From positions 20,088,001-20,152,000 of the forward strand of contig OZ231126.1 in the NCBI GenBank assembly GCA_965153355.1: 64,000 bases of DNA, given 5' to 3'. The translations under genes were made by a program, and so were the position numbers. Positions 24,608 to 36,126 of this stretch are shown in pieces. Under the pieces are notes generated by a model. It had not been told where the DNA came from, made no database searches, and saw only the letters and a list, made by a program, of their open reading frames with translations. The DNA is from Flaccisagitta enflata (taxonomy: Eukaryota). Position 1 is the stretch's first letter, and every line of letters starts with the position of its first letter.

Positions 24608-25585
24608 ATGCCAAATCGAGACAAGAAGCCACTATGTGGCCATTGCAAGGCGGACACAAAAAAACAACAGGCGACGGCGATACCATGCACTGTCTGTACC
24701 ACATGGTACCACATCAGTTGCTTGACGGGGATGTCAGACAAATTCGTCGACAACTGCGACAAAAGCAACAGACTGAAGGGAGATTCAAATTTCTTCTGTC
24801 CCAACTGTCGCAACTTCATTCCAAACATGAACGGAAGCATCCACGATCTCCTTGAGAAATTCATCGCGTTGGAAGCGCGGGTCAACGCCACGGAGGCGCG
24901 TGCTAATGCGGCAGAGGCGCGAGCTAACGCCGCAGAGCTCGAGCTGCAACAACTGAGAGCGGAGGTTGAAAGGATGACGAACGGAACGGATCAGGTGAAG
25001 GAGAAAATCGTGGTCATGGAGAAAGAGATAGAAAACGGGACGGAACAAGCAAAGAAGGAAGTGAAGGAGGAGATGACGGTGGAAATGCGGGCCAGAGAGG
25101 AAAAGGCTGCCAACATCGTCGTCTATGGAGCAAAAGAGTCTGGCAAGGAAAGCGCCGCCGAACGAGTCGACGATGACGTGCAGTTTGTCAAGGAATTGGC
25201 GGAAAAACTCGAAATCGAGATCGTCGGAGAGGTCGAGGCAAAATTCCGAGCCGGAAAGAAACCGGAAGGAGCGGAAGCGGGAAGACCAAGACCGCTCATC
25301 GTGAAAATCAGCGACGACCAAACATGAGAGAAAATTATACAGAAAGCCAGATTTCTTGGACGAAGTGACGACAACTGGAAAAACGTGTATGTGGGACTCG
25401 ACCTGACAAAAAAGGATAGAGAGGAAGCGAGGAGCAAAGAGGAAAAGATGAAGGAGGAAGCAAAGAAAAAAACGGAGGATGAATTAAAAAACGGATCGCG
25501 GAAGGGAGGAAGATACGTGGTAGCGGGAATGAGAGGAAGAGAACGATGGCTGGCATGGAGGGAGGATCGACAAAGTCAGAGATAA
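24608..25585 (+). pseudogene. LINE ORF1 with PHD finger and coiled coil; one in-frame stop at 25325
   Basis: CGHC...CTVCTTWYHISC...CPNC, then ANIVVYG and RPRPLIVKI. Continues in frame as VYVGLDLT. Confidence 0.85.
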
Positions 25586-27507
25586 AAATCGCATTTGCGA
25601 ACGTGCAGAGTGTAGGAAATAAGATGAATGAAATGCGCGCGATGGTGGCTATGATGAAACCAGAAATCATGGCAATAACGGAGACTTGGACACATGAAGG
25701 TATCGGAAACGAGGTGTTAAACATCGATGGCTATGAAATTGTGGCGCGGCATGATCGCAATGACACAGACAGAGGAAGAGGAGGAGGCATAGTAATATAT
25801 GCGAGGAACACTGTGAATATATCAGTATTAGAAAAAAACACTGATTTTAACCAGTGCGCATCGGTGGAAATGAAGCTCGGATGCGAGACGATGAAACTTC
25901 ATGTAATATACAGATCCCCCAACTCGAAAAAAACGAACGACGAAGATCTGTGCAGCTGGGTGAAAGGAATGAAAGGGGCAAATGTGTTGATCGGAGACTT
26001 GAACTTTCCAGACATCGATTGGCAGAATGGAAGAGCGGGGCCGAAAGGACGTGATTTTTATGATGCAACGGCGGAAGTATTTATGGATCAACACGTGAAA
26101 TTCCCAACACATGACAGCGGGAATGTATTGGATCTTGTCTTATGTAATCGGGAAGGCAAAATCCAGGAAGTCAAAGCAGAAGGAAGGATCGGCAAAAGCG
26201 ATCACGACATCATAACGTTCGAAATATGCGTCGGGGGAAGAAAAGAAATGAAAAAACGAGTAACATACAACTACCGGAAAGCAGATTTCGCAATGATGCG
26301 AAAATCACTATCGGAGACAAACTGGACACGTGAATGGGAAGGACGAGATGTCAACGGAATGTGGGACGACCTAAAAAAACGGGTAAAAGAGTTGATGACG
26401 GCAAACATACCGATGAAAACTATGAAGGAAAGGATGCAGCCCCCGTGGATGGACAAAGAAGTCCAGAAGGCGATTGAGAAGAAAAGGCAGGCATGGAAGC
26501 TATGGAAAGAAACGGGATCGAGAAAAAACAAAGAAGAATACAAGAAGAAAGAAACGGAAGTAAAGAAAAAGATACGAAATAAGAAGAATGCGCTGGAAAG
26601 AAGAGTAGCAAAATGCCGGAAAGACAATGCTAAAATGTACTACGCCTTCCTAAACAGGTCTCGGAAAACAAAAAGCAAAATCGGTCCTCTGACAAATGAA
26701 GACAAAGAAAAAATCACGGACCCGCAAGAACAAGCAGAGATGCTAAATAAGTATTTGGCGTCAGTCTTCACTGTAAGTGGGCAAGATCTACCAGAAGCAG
26801 AACAATATAACGGGGAAGCAAATTTAACTGACGTGGATATACGAGAAGAAATGGTAAAACAAACAATCGACGATTTGAAAGAACATTCAGCCTGTGGGCC
26901 GGATGGAATCACGACTCGCGTGATTAAAGAACTGCGAGATGAGTTGTCAAAACCGTTGACAATACTCTTCCGACATTCGATGGAGACAGGGAAAATCCCG
27001 GACGACTGGCGGGAAGCAAATGTGACGCCAATATATAAGTTGAAGGGAAAAAAATCCGAGCCCGGAAACTACCGACCAGTGTCTCTAACGAATGTTGTTT
27101 GCAAAATGATGGAAAGACTGGTGAAAGAAGAAGTGATGAAGCATGTCGAAACGAATAGGCTGCTATGCGACGCACAACATGGATTTAGAGCGAAAAGGTC
27201 TCCGCAGACAAACTTGATAGAGTTTATGAATGAGACAACAAAGTGGCTAGATGAAGGAGCGTCATTCGACATCTTATACCTAGATTTCTCCAAAGCCTTC
27301 GACAAGGTCTGTCATGAAAGATTGATGCTTAAATTGGAAACTATGGGTATCGCCGGAAAAGTGAAAGAATGGCTACGAGACTGGCTGAGAGGGAGGAAGC
27401 AGAGGGTGAGAGTCGAAGACGAACTGTCGGATTGGATAGAGGTGTTAAGTAGCGTCGTCCAAGGGTCGGTCCTTGGTGGCACCCTATTCGACATCTTCAT
27501 TGATGAC
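25546..27507 (+). pseudogene. LINE ORF2, AP endonuclease + RT N-terminal part, interrupted
   Basis: ITETW, GDLNFP, SDHDII, GNYRPVSLT, QHGF, YLDFSKAFDKV, QGSVLG. Confidence 0.95.
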
Positions 27508-29094
27508 CAACCCATTGCATACCGACTTTTGTAGTAACGCGATATGCGGTATTCACCATGGCAACGTAACGCCATCTTGGCGTCTATGTGGCGTTATCTA
27601 AGGCGTTATCAATTGTTGTTATTACTGTCATTTTTTGTCTATCTTTTTTATTTATCATGGAAATATTATGATCATTTGAAAAAAAAATTGAAGAAAAAAA
27701 TGTTTATATTCTATATTTACTATTAATAATGATTTTTTCTAATTTTTTTTTCATTTTTCATTTTTCATCATTTTTCATCTTTCATTTTTCATTTTTCATC
27801 TTTCATTTTTTTATCTTTCATTTTTCATCTTTCATATTTCATCTTTCATCTTTCATCCTTCATCCTTCATCCTTTATCCTCCATCTTTCATTTTTCGCTT
27901 TTCATTTTTTCACTTTTCACTTTTCACTTTTTATGTTTTACTATTTTTTTTTTACCATTCTTTTTTGCATTTTTTTCTTCATGTATTATATTACAATTTC
28001 TACTTTTAATCTTTGATTAAATTTTTCTTTTTTTTTCTCTCTTTTTACAATTGATATTTGATATTTGATAATTAAATTTTGATTTTATATCGTTTGATTT
28101 TCTATCCTTTTTCAGCCTTCAGCACTAATTTATTCTTATAATCAAGAATGTTTTGATAGAAAATAACTTATATATTGAAATGATCAGTTATTTTCACACA
28201 TGAGATTAAATAACGTCGACGCGGTATTAACACTGAAACGAGTCTCTCCATTTTGATCTCAGTCTCACCCTGTATCTCTAGTTCTCTGCCATAAATATAA
28301 ACACAGACAGACAGACATACAGACAGGCAGACAGACAGACAGACAGACAGATGGACAGACAGCGTAAAAAATGGCTAAATAGGCACGGGCAGTCAAGGAG
28401 ATGAAAGTACATTTCGCTCAGAAAATATTTTGCGCCAGTGATTCTTTCTCGATTTTTTTTTTTCTTTTTTTTTTTTTCTTTTTTTGTTTGGGAGGCATGA
28501 TTTCGTTTGAGTGTTATTTGGATTGAATAGCAGATTTTTTTTTTTTTTTTTTTTTCTAGAGTTCATGTTCCGATTTGAATTCGTTTTTTAAATTGGTTTG
28601 ATATGAAAGAAAGAAGAGAATGGAACATGGTTAATTCATGTAGTAGTATCAATAATTTTCTTTTTGATCAATGAATCTGTTCTATATACTACTGACAATG
28701 AGTGTCCCCAGAGTCGACGGGGTCCGTCAGGCTAATGTGCCGTATTTATTGAAATAGGATCTTTGTTAGTCTCCACCTTATGGTAATTCTAAAATCACGA
28801 GAATCGCCTAGGAATAATCTGCCGGATTTTTCTTTCTTAATTTCATATTTGTAAAAATTGATCAAATCCACTTTAGATTGCGTGGTCGTTTGTAAATCTG
28901 CCAGCAATAATCCGGCTCGTAACCGGCTGTCCCAATCATGTAACGCGATAAGAAGAGATACGTGTTACAACATAAACAAGGATATGGGTACTAGAAGCAA
29001 AATGCTGAATCTGCTGCTAAAATCTAAGGAGAGTAAAATGTTCTTCCGGATTGCCAGCAATAATCCGGTGCCGAGTTAAAACAAACGAGATCAT

Positions 29095-29955
29095 GGAGAC
29101 CCGATGGGATATGAGATCAGAGAAAATAACGTCTGGAGACTAGATGAGAAATGAGATCGTTCGAAGACTAGATTAGGGATGAGAACGCATGGAGACTAGA
29201 TTAGAAATGAGATCGTTTGGAGACTAGATTAGAAATGAGATCGTTCGAATACTAGGTTAGGAATGAGATCACTTGGGGACTAGATTAGAAATGAGGTCGC
29301 CCGGAGACTAGATAAGAAACGGGATCGATTGAAGACTAGATTAGGAATGAGAACGCACGGAGACTAGATTAGAAATGAGATCGGTTGGGAGACTAGGTCA
29401 GAAATGAGATCATTTGAAGACTAGACATGAACGAGATCCTTTGGAGACTAGATTTGGTATGAGACCACATGGAGACTAGATTAGAAATGAGATCGCTTGG
29501 AGACTAGATAAGGAACGAGATTGTTTGAGGACTAGATTAGGAACGAGAACGCATGGAGACTAGATTAGAAATGATATTGTTTGGAGACTAGGCCAGAAAT
29601 GAGGTCAATTGCAGACTAGATATGAAACGAGATCGTCCGGAGACTAGATTAGAAATAAGAACGCATGGAGACTAGATCAGAAATATGGCCGTCCGAGGAC
29701 TAGATTAGGAAAGAGAACGCATTGAGACTAGATTAGAAATGAGATCATTTGGAGACTAGATTAGAAACGAGATCGCCCAAGGGCTAATTAGGAATGAGAT
29801 CCCATGGAGACTAGATTAGGAATGAGATGGTCCGGAGACTAGATCAAGAATGAGACCGCCTGAAGACTAGGTTAGGAAAGAGAACGCATGGAGACTAGAT
29901 TAGGAATGAGATCGTCTGGAGACTAGATAGGAAACGAGATCGTTCGAGGACTAGA
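29095..29955. repeat. 28-bp minisatellite, ~30 copies (GGAGACTAGATTAGAAATGAGATCGTTT)
   Basis: Period 28, e.g. 29191 to 29219. Confidence 0.92.
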
Positions 29956-30750
29956 ATGTAAGGTAAACTAGATTGAATGCCGTTAAATATTTCGAGATCG
30001 TAAGGAAAACAAATAGTAAAGACCGCCAATGAATGGAGTAAACCTAAATCAAATGTCACCAAACAGACGTGGACCAGACTAAATAGCCCATGAGACGGAC
30101 CAGACTAGGCAGAGCACGAGACGGACCAGAGTCAACCTCAACCGAGACGGACCAGATCAACCAAAACGCAAGACGGACCAAATCAGACGTTCGTGGAGGC
30201 AGACCAGTCCGACATCATTCAAATTATGTGACCAGAATCAAAGGCGGCCGAATACGAAAATAGTCCAGCGTGAGTTGTAAATCTAGAAAGGAAAAAGACT
30301 ATCTGACCCGACCAGGAACGAGGAGTGTTATATCTGTTTCTGTTTTTGTTCTTGTTTTGACTTTTTGTTTTTTTTGTTTTGTTTTTGTTTTCTTTTTTTG
30401 TTTTGTTTTTTTTTGTTTTTTTTTGTTTTTTTTTTGTTTTTTTTTTTATTTTTTTGTTTTTGTTTTTTTTTGTTTCTTTTTTCTCCTCTTTTTGTTTTAT
30501 CTTGTCTTGTTTTGTTTTCTTTCTCTTTTGAAGTTCCCACCGTATCGGATCAATATACAAAAAAGGATAAACCCTTTCCCCTCTCCTCTTACTTTTACTC
30601 CAGGCGTGTGACTCATGAAAAGGCCAACGACGGAAAAGACCCAAAACTGCAGAGACAGGAAACAAAAGGCCCCCGGGTTCGGCCTCATGTGTGTGTGTGT
30701 TTGTGTGTATGTATGAGTGTGTGTGATTGTGTGTGTATGAGTGTGTGTAT

Positions 30751-30797
<47 letters not shown>

Positions 30798-31082
30798 TGT
30801 GTGTATGTGTGTGGATGTGGGTGAATGCGGGTGTGTGTTTATATTTTGTCCGGTTGTGTTTGGTTTTTGCATGCAAGTGTGCATTTGCATGTGTATGTTG
30901 AGTGTGTGCATGTGTGTGTATTTGGAACAAATATATAAATAAGGCGCGCCCGACTAGAAAATGGGTAAAGTTGCGCGTGACTAGAAAGAATGACCAATAT
31001 TAGGCCGGGCCAAATATACATGAGGAGAGAGTAGGGGGGAAGCAAAGCCAAAAGCAGCAAACCTACTCAAATAAACCCAAAT

Positions 31083-34000
31083 CTACCCAAACAGGTCCCA
31101 CCCTCTATACCCCACCCCATCCAAAATACCACCCCACTCAACCTCTCCTCCTTCCACCATCCTCCCCAACACGCCACCTATCAACACAGACGCCGCAAAA
31201 CACCCAGCCTTCTGTTGCCACATAGCCAGAATCCATTCCTCTTCCAACTGCTTCCTCAGCCTTCCCACAAACAGACTCCACACCCTTTCCACTGCCACTT
31301 CCACACTGCCGAGCACCAACCCCCGCATCGTGTGCACCGCCGACCGGAGCTCAAATCCCAACCTCCTCCAAAGTTGGTCCGCCGCTCTCTCCCCCAACGG
31401 CCCAAATGCCATCTCCCCCTCCACCACCTGCATGTCGACGACGCGGATGAGAGTCGGCTCCAACTTCCGCCACAGACGCCGAACCACCTCACACTCAATC
31501 ACCACATGCCACCTCTCCCTCGCCACTTCTCCGCACAACCTGCACTCCCCGTTACCATCCCTAACCCATGTGGCCATGTGTGGGGTCCAAAAATTCAACC
31601 CCACCTGTTTCCAAATATCGGAGCGAACACGCAAAGAACACGGCGTCGAATGTAGACGCCGCCATATATCGGGCCAATGCCCATCCAGAGACGCGCCGAG
31701 CGCCCGTTCCCACTTCTCCTCATAATGTCGAGAGCCACTGCGTGCCCTTCTACGGAAGGCCACGTAGAGCTCTCTGTAGGAGACCCTTGTGTGGTCCTTT
31801 CCCTCTTCGGATATATCGAAGAGGTAGTGAGGCTCACTCAAGGGCATTTCGGGAGCAATACCACGAAGGCGGGCCACCTCGTCCCACTTGCCACGCCCAC
31901 CCAAACCCAGACCGGACAACATCCACAACGAACGAACAGACGTCACATCCCGAAGAACAAGCCAAGGGACAGAGCGCAGGGGGTGCCCATCAGCACCCAC
32001 TATCTGCACATTATGGAACAACCGACTACTTGCACGCGTACCCCTCTCCGTTACCACCTTTGGTCCTAACTCCCCCCAGGCCTTTAGTGCTTCTCTATAG
32101 AAAGCACTGCCGACCTTTTCCATCACCCTCGCCTCTGCGCCTAACACCTCCAGGCCTCTCCATCCCCATCTCTGGTCGCCTATCATTTCCGCCGCCAAAA
32201 CTCGGGGGAAAGACCCCCGCGGCATTGCCAAAAGGCGACATAACCACGCGACCCTCTGTGCCTTGACCTTATCCTTAACATCAACAAGCTGCGCACCACC
32301 ATACTTGTACGCAGCCTTTAATCGGTCACGGCACACCTCTTGTCTTCCTCTAAACACCCACTCCGCAACCGCCTTCTCCACATTCCCACAGCCACCACCC
32401 AGCATATTGCAAGGTGGGGACCATATCTCAGTCCTATACCACAAGCGCTAATATAGCAACACATTTGCAACCATCACCTTGCCCAGCTCAGATAATGGGC
32501 GCGACTTCCACGCCTTGAGCTTAGCGTGAATGGATGCAAATTGTGCTGTGAAATTGTCACCGGCGCAGGTGGTTTCTCCTATCCACACACCCAGCACCCT
32601 CACCCTGTTGTTTCTCCAAGCAAAACCAAACGGCCTGTCTGTCCTTGCCCTCCAGGGACCTATCCACAAGCCCTCCGTTTTAACTACATTCAACCTCCCC
32701 CCCGAGGCGGCCTCATAGAGGCGCACCTCGCTCATGAACTGCCGCATCGACGCATCAGACGTTAAAAACGCCTGAGTGTCGTCGGCGTACTGGCCGATTT
32801 TCTTCTCTACCCCAGAAACCCTTACCCCTCTTATCCGGGGATTCCCCCTTATCTGACTGGCCAGTACTTCCGCCACCATCACATATATGTGACTGGACGG
32901 AGGGTCACCCTGACGGGTGCCCCTATCTAGCCTTATCTCATCGCTGAAAAACCCATTTATCAAAACCCTGGAGTGCACCCCATTATAGAACACCCTTATC
33001 CACCTCAAAAACCCCGGCCCGTACCCCATCCCACCCATTACCTTAAGCATAAAGCCGTGGTCTACTCGGTCAAAACACTTCTCCTGGTCAAGACAGAGTA
33101 TAGCAGCCGGTGTTTCAGTGTTATCACAATAATCTACAACATCTTGAAGGATATGCAGATTAGTTGTGATACGACGACCTGGAACACACGTCTGATCCTC
33201 ATGAATGAGCTCCGGCATGACCTTCGACATTCTCCGTGCGCTCACCCTACTGATGATCTTGTAGTCGGCGCCAACTAAGGTGACAGGTCGGTAGTTGCCA
33301 ACCTCTAGTTTGTCACCCTTTTTATATAGCAACCGAATCACACCACCACGCATACTGGCAGGCAAGCGACCACTCTCGTATGCGCACTCAGCTACACCCT
33401 TGAAGTCGCTGGAAAGGTCGGCCCAAAAGAACTTCCAGAATTCGGCAGGGAAGCCGTCCTCTCCCGGCGCCTTACCGTTCTGGAGTGTCCTAAGTGCCTC
33501 CCCCAGCTCCTCCACAGTCATCTCTCCCTCACACATTTCGCGGGACTCGCGTGACAGAGTCTTTGTCAGTCGGTCCAGTAACTGGTCCTGCACGTCCGGG
33601 TCTGTCCCTTCGCTTGTAAACAGGTCCGTATAAAATCTGTACGCCACGTCCAACACCCCTTCTGACCCATATTGCACCATCCCCTGCCTGTCTCTCAAGG
33701 CGTAAATCAGGTTCCTGCCTAACCTGCTTTTTTCCATCTTACTGATATACGCCACTCCTGGTTCCCTTTCTGCAAAATTGGGCAACCTTGCCCTTACCCT
33801 GTGCCCCTCCGCCTTCCGTTCCTCCTCCTCCTTCAACAGTCCCACCACTCTTTCCAACTCACTCCTCTCTCTGTCACCCGCCCAACCATACACCACATCC
33901 CATTCCAACCTCTTCCTCTCTTCCTCCAACCTTCGCACATACTCCCTCCTCGCTCCTGCTTTCTCCCTACTGTATTCCACAGTCACAAGACGCCACACCT

Positions 34001-34886
34001 CTTTCGCCCAGTCCCACCACTCTCCATCGTTACCAAAACCCCCCTTCCCTTCTCTGACCTCTCTTATTTTACCCCTTAGAAGTTCAGTGTAAGACCTGTC
34101 TCTCAGCAGGCTCACATTGAACTTCCAATAGCCTACCCCTTGTCTGACCTGGTCCTCTATCTCAACCTCAAAGACCTTGTGCCCGCTACTGACCCCATCT
34201 GCCCAAAAGTAGCGGCACCCTTTCACCCTTCCAGCCGTCACTCCGTCCAAGTACATCCTGTCAATCCTACTCCTGTGTAGCCCCTGCTCGTATGAAAAAA
34301 CAACGTCCGTGTTTCCGTCCACTCTAAAAGCGTCACATAGACCAGTCCCCTCAAGCACACTGGCCATATGACGGCCGCAAGCAGCCTCCCACGTGCTTAC
34401 AGCGCCCCCACACCTATCCAAGCCATCCACCACAAAATTCCAGTCACCCATCATTACCACCGGCATACTGTCATCCACGGCCACCTCCAGGCTCCGAATG
34501 AGCCCCGGAGTACCAGCCGCCCCTGGGTAGCCGTAGACTACCACAAGGTCCATTTCCCACAAAAACACCACACTCCTCACTCTTACCACCATCAGCCTGC
34601 CAGCACTCAACACCCTTTCATTCACGACCTCAAACTCACGCGAAATGACCAAGCAGACACCCGCATACGTATCCCCCTCCGCGTGTCCTGAGTGCAAGAC
34701 ATGGTGAGATAACCGCATGTCTTGCATTGGTTGGCACAACTGCTCGATATCCGAGCAGTGTGTCTCTTGTAGGGCAACGGCCCCAATATCAGACCCCCAC
34801 TGTATATAAGAGAGGACCCAAGAACCCTTGTATCGGGCTCTTGGTCCCCCTCCCAATCCATTGGGGTTATACGTCAGGAAACGCAT
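31083..34886 (-). pseudogene. Tx1-like ORF2 (APE-RT-CCHC) with one in-frame stop at 32448-32450
   Basis: LQETH, GDWN, SRIDR, GKAPGEDGFPAEFW, GNYRPVTL, LDQEKCFDRVDH, RQGDPPS, QYADD, CRLC-x8-H-x4-C. The two listed ORFs are in the same frame. Confidence 0.93.
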
Positions 34887-36126
34887 AATCGGAGGAAAAA
34901 AGAAACACCAGCCGCGCCAACACTACATACCAGGGCCAAAAAAGGCAAAAAACGCGCTCACCACCATTGCTTGCCAAGGCCAACAATTACTCCCATACTA
35001 CCCTTATAGGCAGATGAGAGCACTTATCAACCCCCCCAAGCAACCATGGTAAGCACAAGATAACCAACCAACCTAACCATTGCTACCAAGCCATGACCAG
35101 AGGCGACTCTAGCCTACCCTAGGGCCGGCCAGAATCGACTATAGACACGGCAAAGCAACAATTTTTAGGAAGGGGGGCTAAAAATACACAAAAAAGGCAG
35201 AAAAAAACAAAAACGGAGCCAAAACCGAAAAAGGCCAAAACCACCAACTGTTCCCCCCCCTACTGCCATCCAATGCCAATGGACGATTTCGGCCCACTCT
35301 AAGATAGGCCAAGATCGACCAAGGTCAAAGTAGGGCAGCAATGAGTGGGAATAGAAGGCAGCACAAAAAGGCAGAAAGGCAAAAAAGGGCGCCCCAACAG
35401 TGGCGAGAGAGAAAACAAAGGCCCCCCACACTAACCAAGCATGGCAGGACCCCCTCCCGCTATTGTCCGAGCGGGAAACCCGCGCCAAACCTAAACCAAA
35501 CCAACCGGATTATTAGTGGCGATTCTGATGGCCCAAAACAGCTGTTTGGGTGGCCAGCCAATCAGGTCTCTCAGTCCACATCTACCTAACCAGCGGCCAA
35601 CCAATCAGAGTAAAGTGACCATCCATCTCGCCAGTAATAATCCGCCCGGAGGTTATATAAAGCAAAACGGAACCAGAAAAGCAAACGCGCGAGGCGTAGC
35701 AGCCAAACCAGGCGAGGAAGAAAACGACGAAAAAAGACGAAAAAGGAAAAGGAGAAAAAAAACAGAAAAAGACAAAACGAAAAAGAAGCCGGAACAAAGA
35801 CGAGAAAGGCAACCAAGCAAGCAACCACGGGGAAGAAAACCCAACTCAATTCAAAGGTGAATTGAATCAAGCCCTCTTCCCAAGCAACAACGACGACGAC
35901 AAAAGGCCAAGATGGGGGAAGTATCGACCAAGCAAGCAAGCGACCAAGCGAGCAACCAAGTGACCAAGCTGACCAACCAAGCCAGCCGCCAATCAGGCGA
36001 CCTGGCTCTCAAGTGAGCGGGCGATCAACCTAGCAAGCGAAACGACCAAGCAAGCAGGCCTTCCCCCTACCCATCAACCAAGCAACCAACCGGGCGACCA
36101 AGCGAACGACAACAGGAGGGGGGGGC

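Larger units (their letters stand above)
24041..27507 (+). mobile_element. CR1-group LINE, piece 1 (5'UTR, ORF1, 5' part of ORF2)
   Basis: 17-bp tandem repeat GACGCGGTGACGCCAAC in the 5'UTR (~24270-24590), PHD ORF1, APE-RT ORF2 breaking at FDIFIDD. Confidence 0.92.

Noticed and set aside
28695-28745. HDV-like ribozyme
   Set aside because: Only a 5-bp hairpin and GCTAA are present. P1/P2/P3 pairings could not be built.
29095-29955. CRISPR-like array
   Set aside because: Variable parts are only ~8 nt and related to each other. The context is eukaryotic and there are no cas genes. It is a minisatellite.
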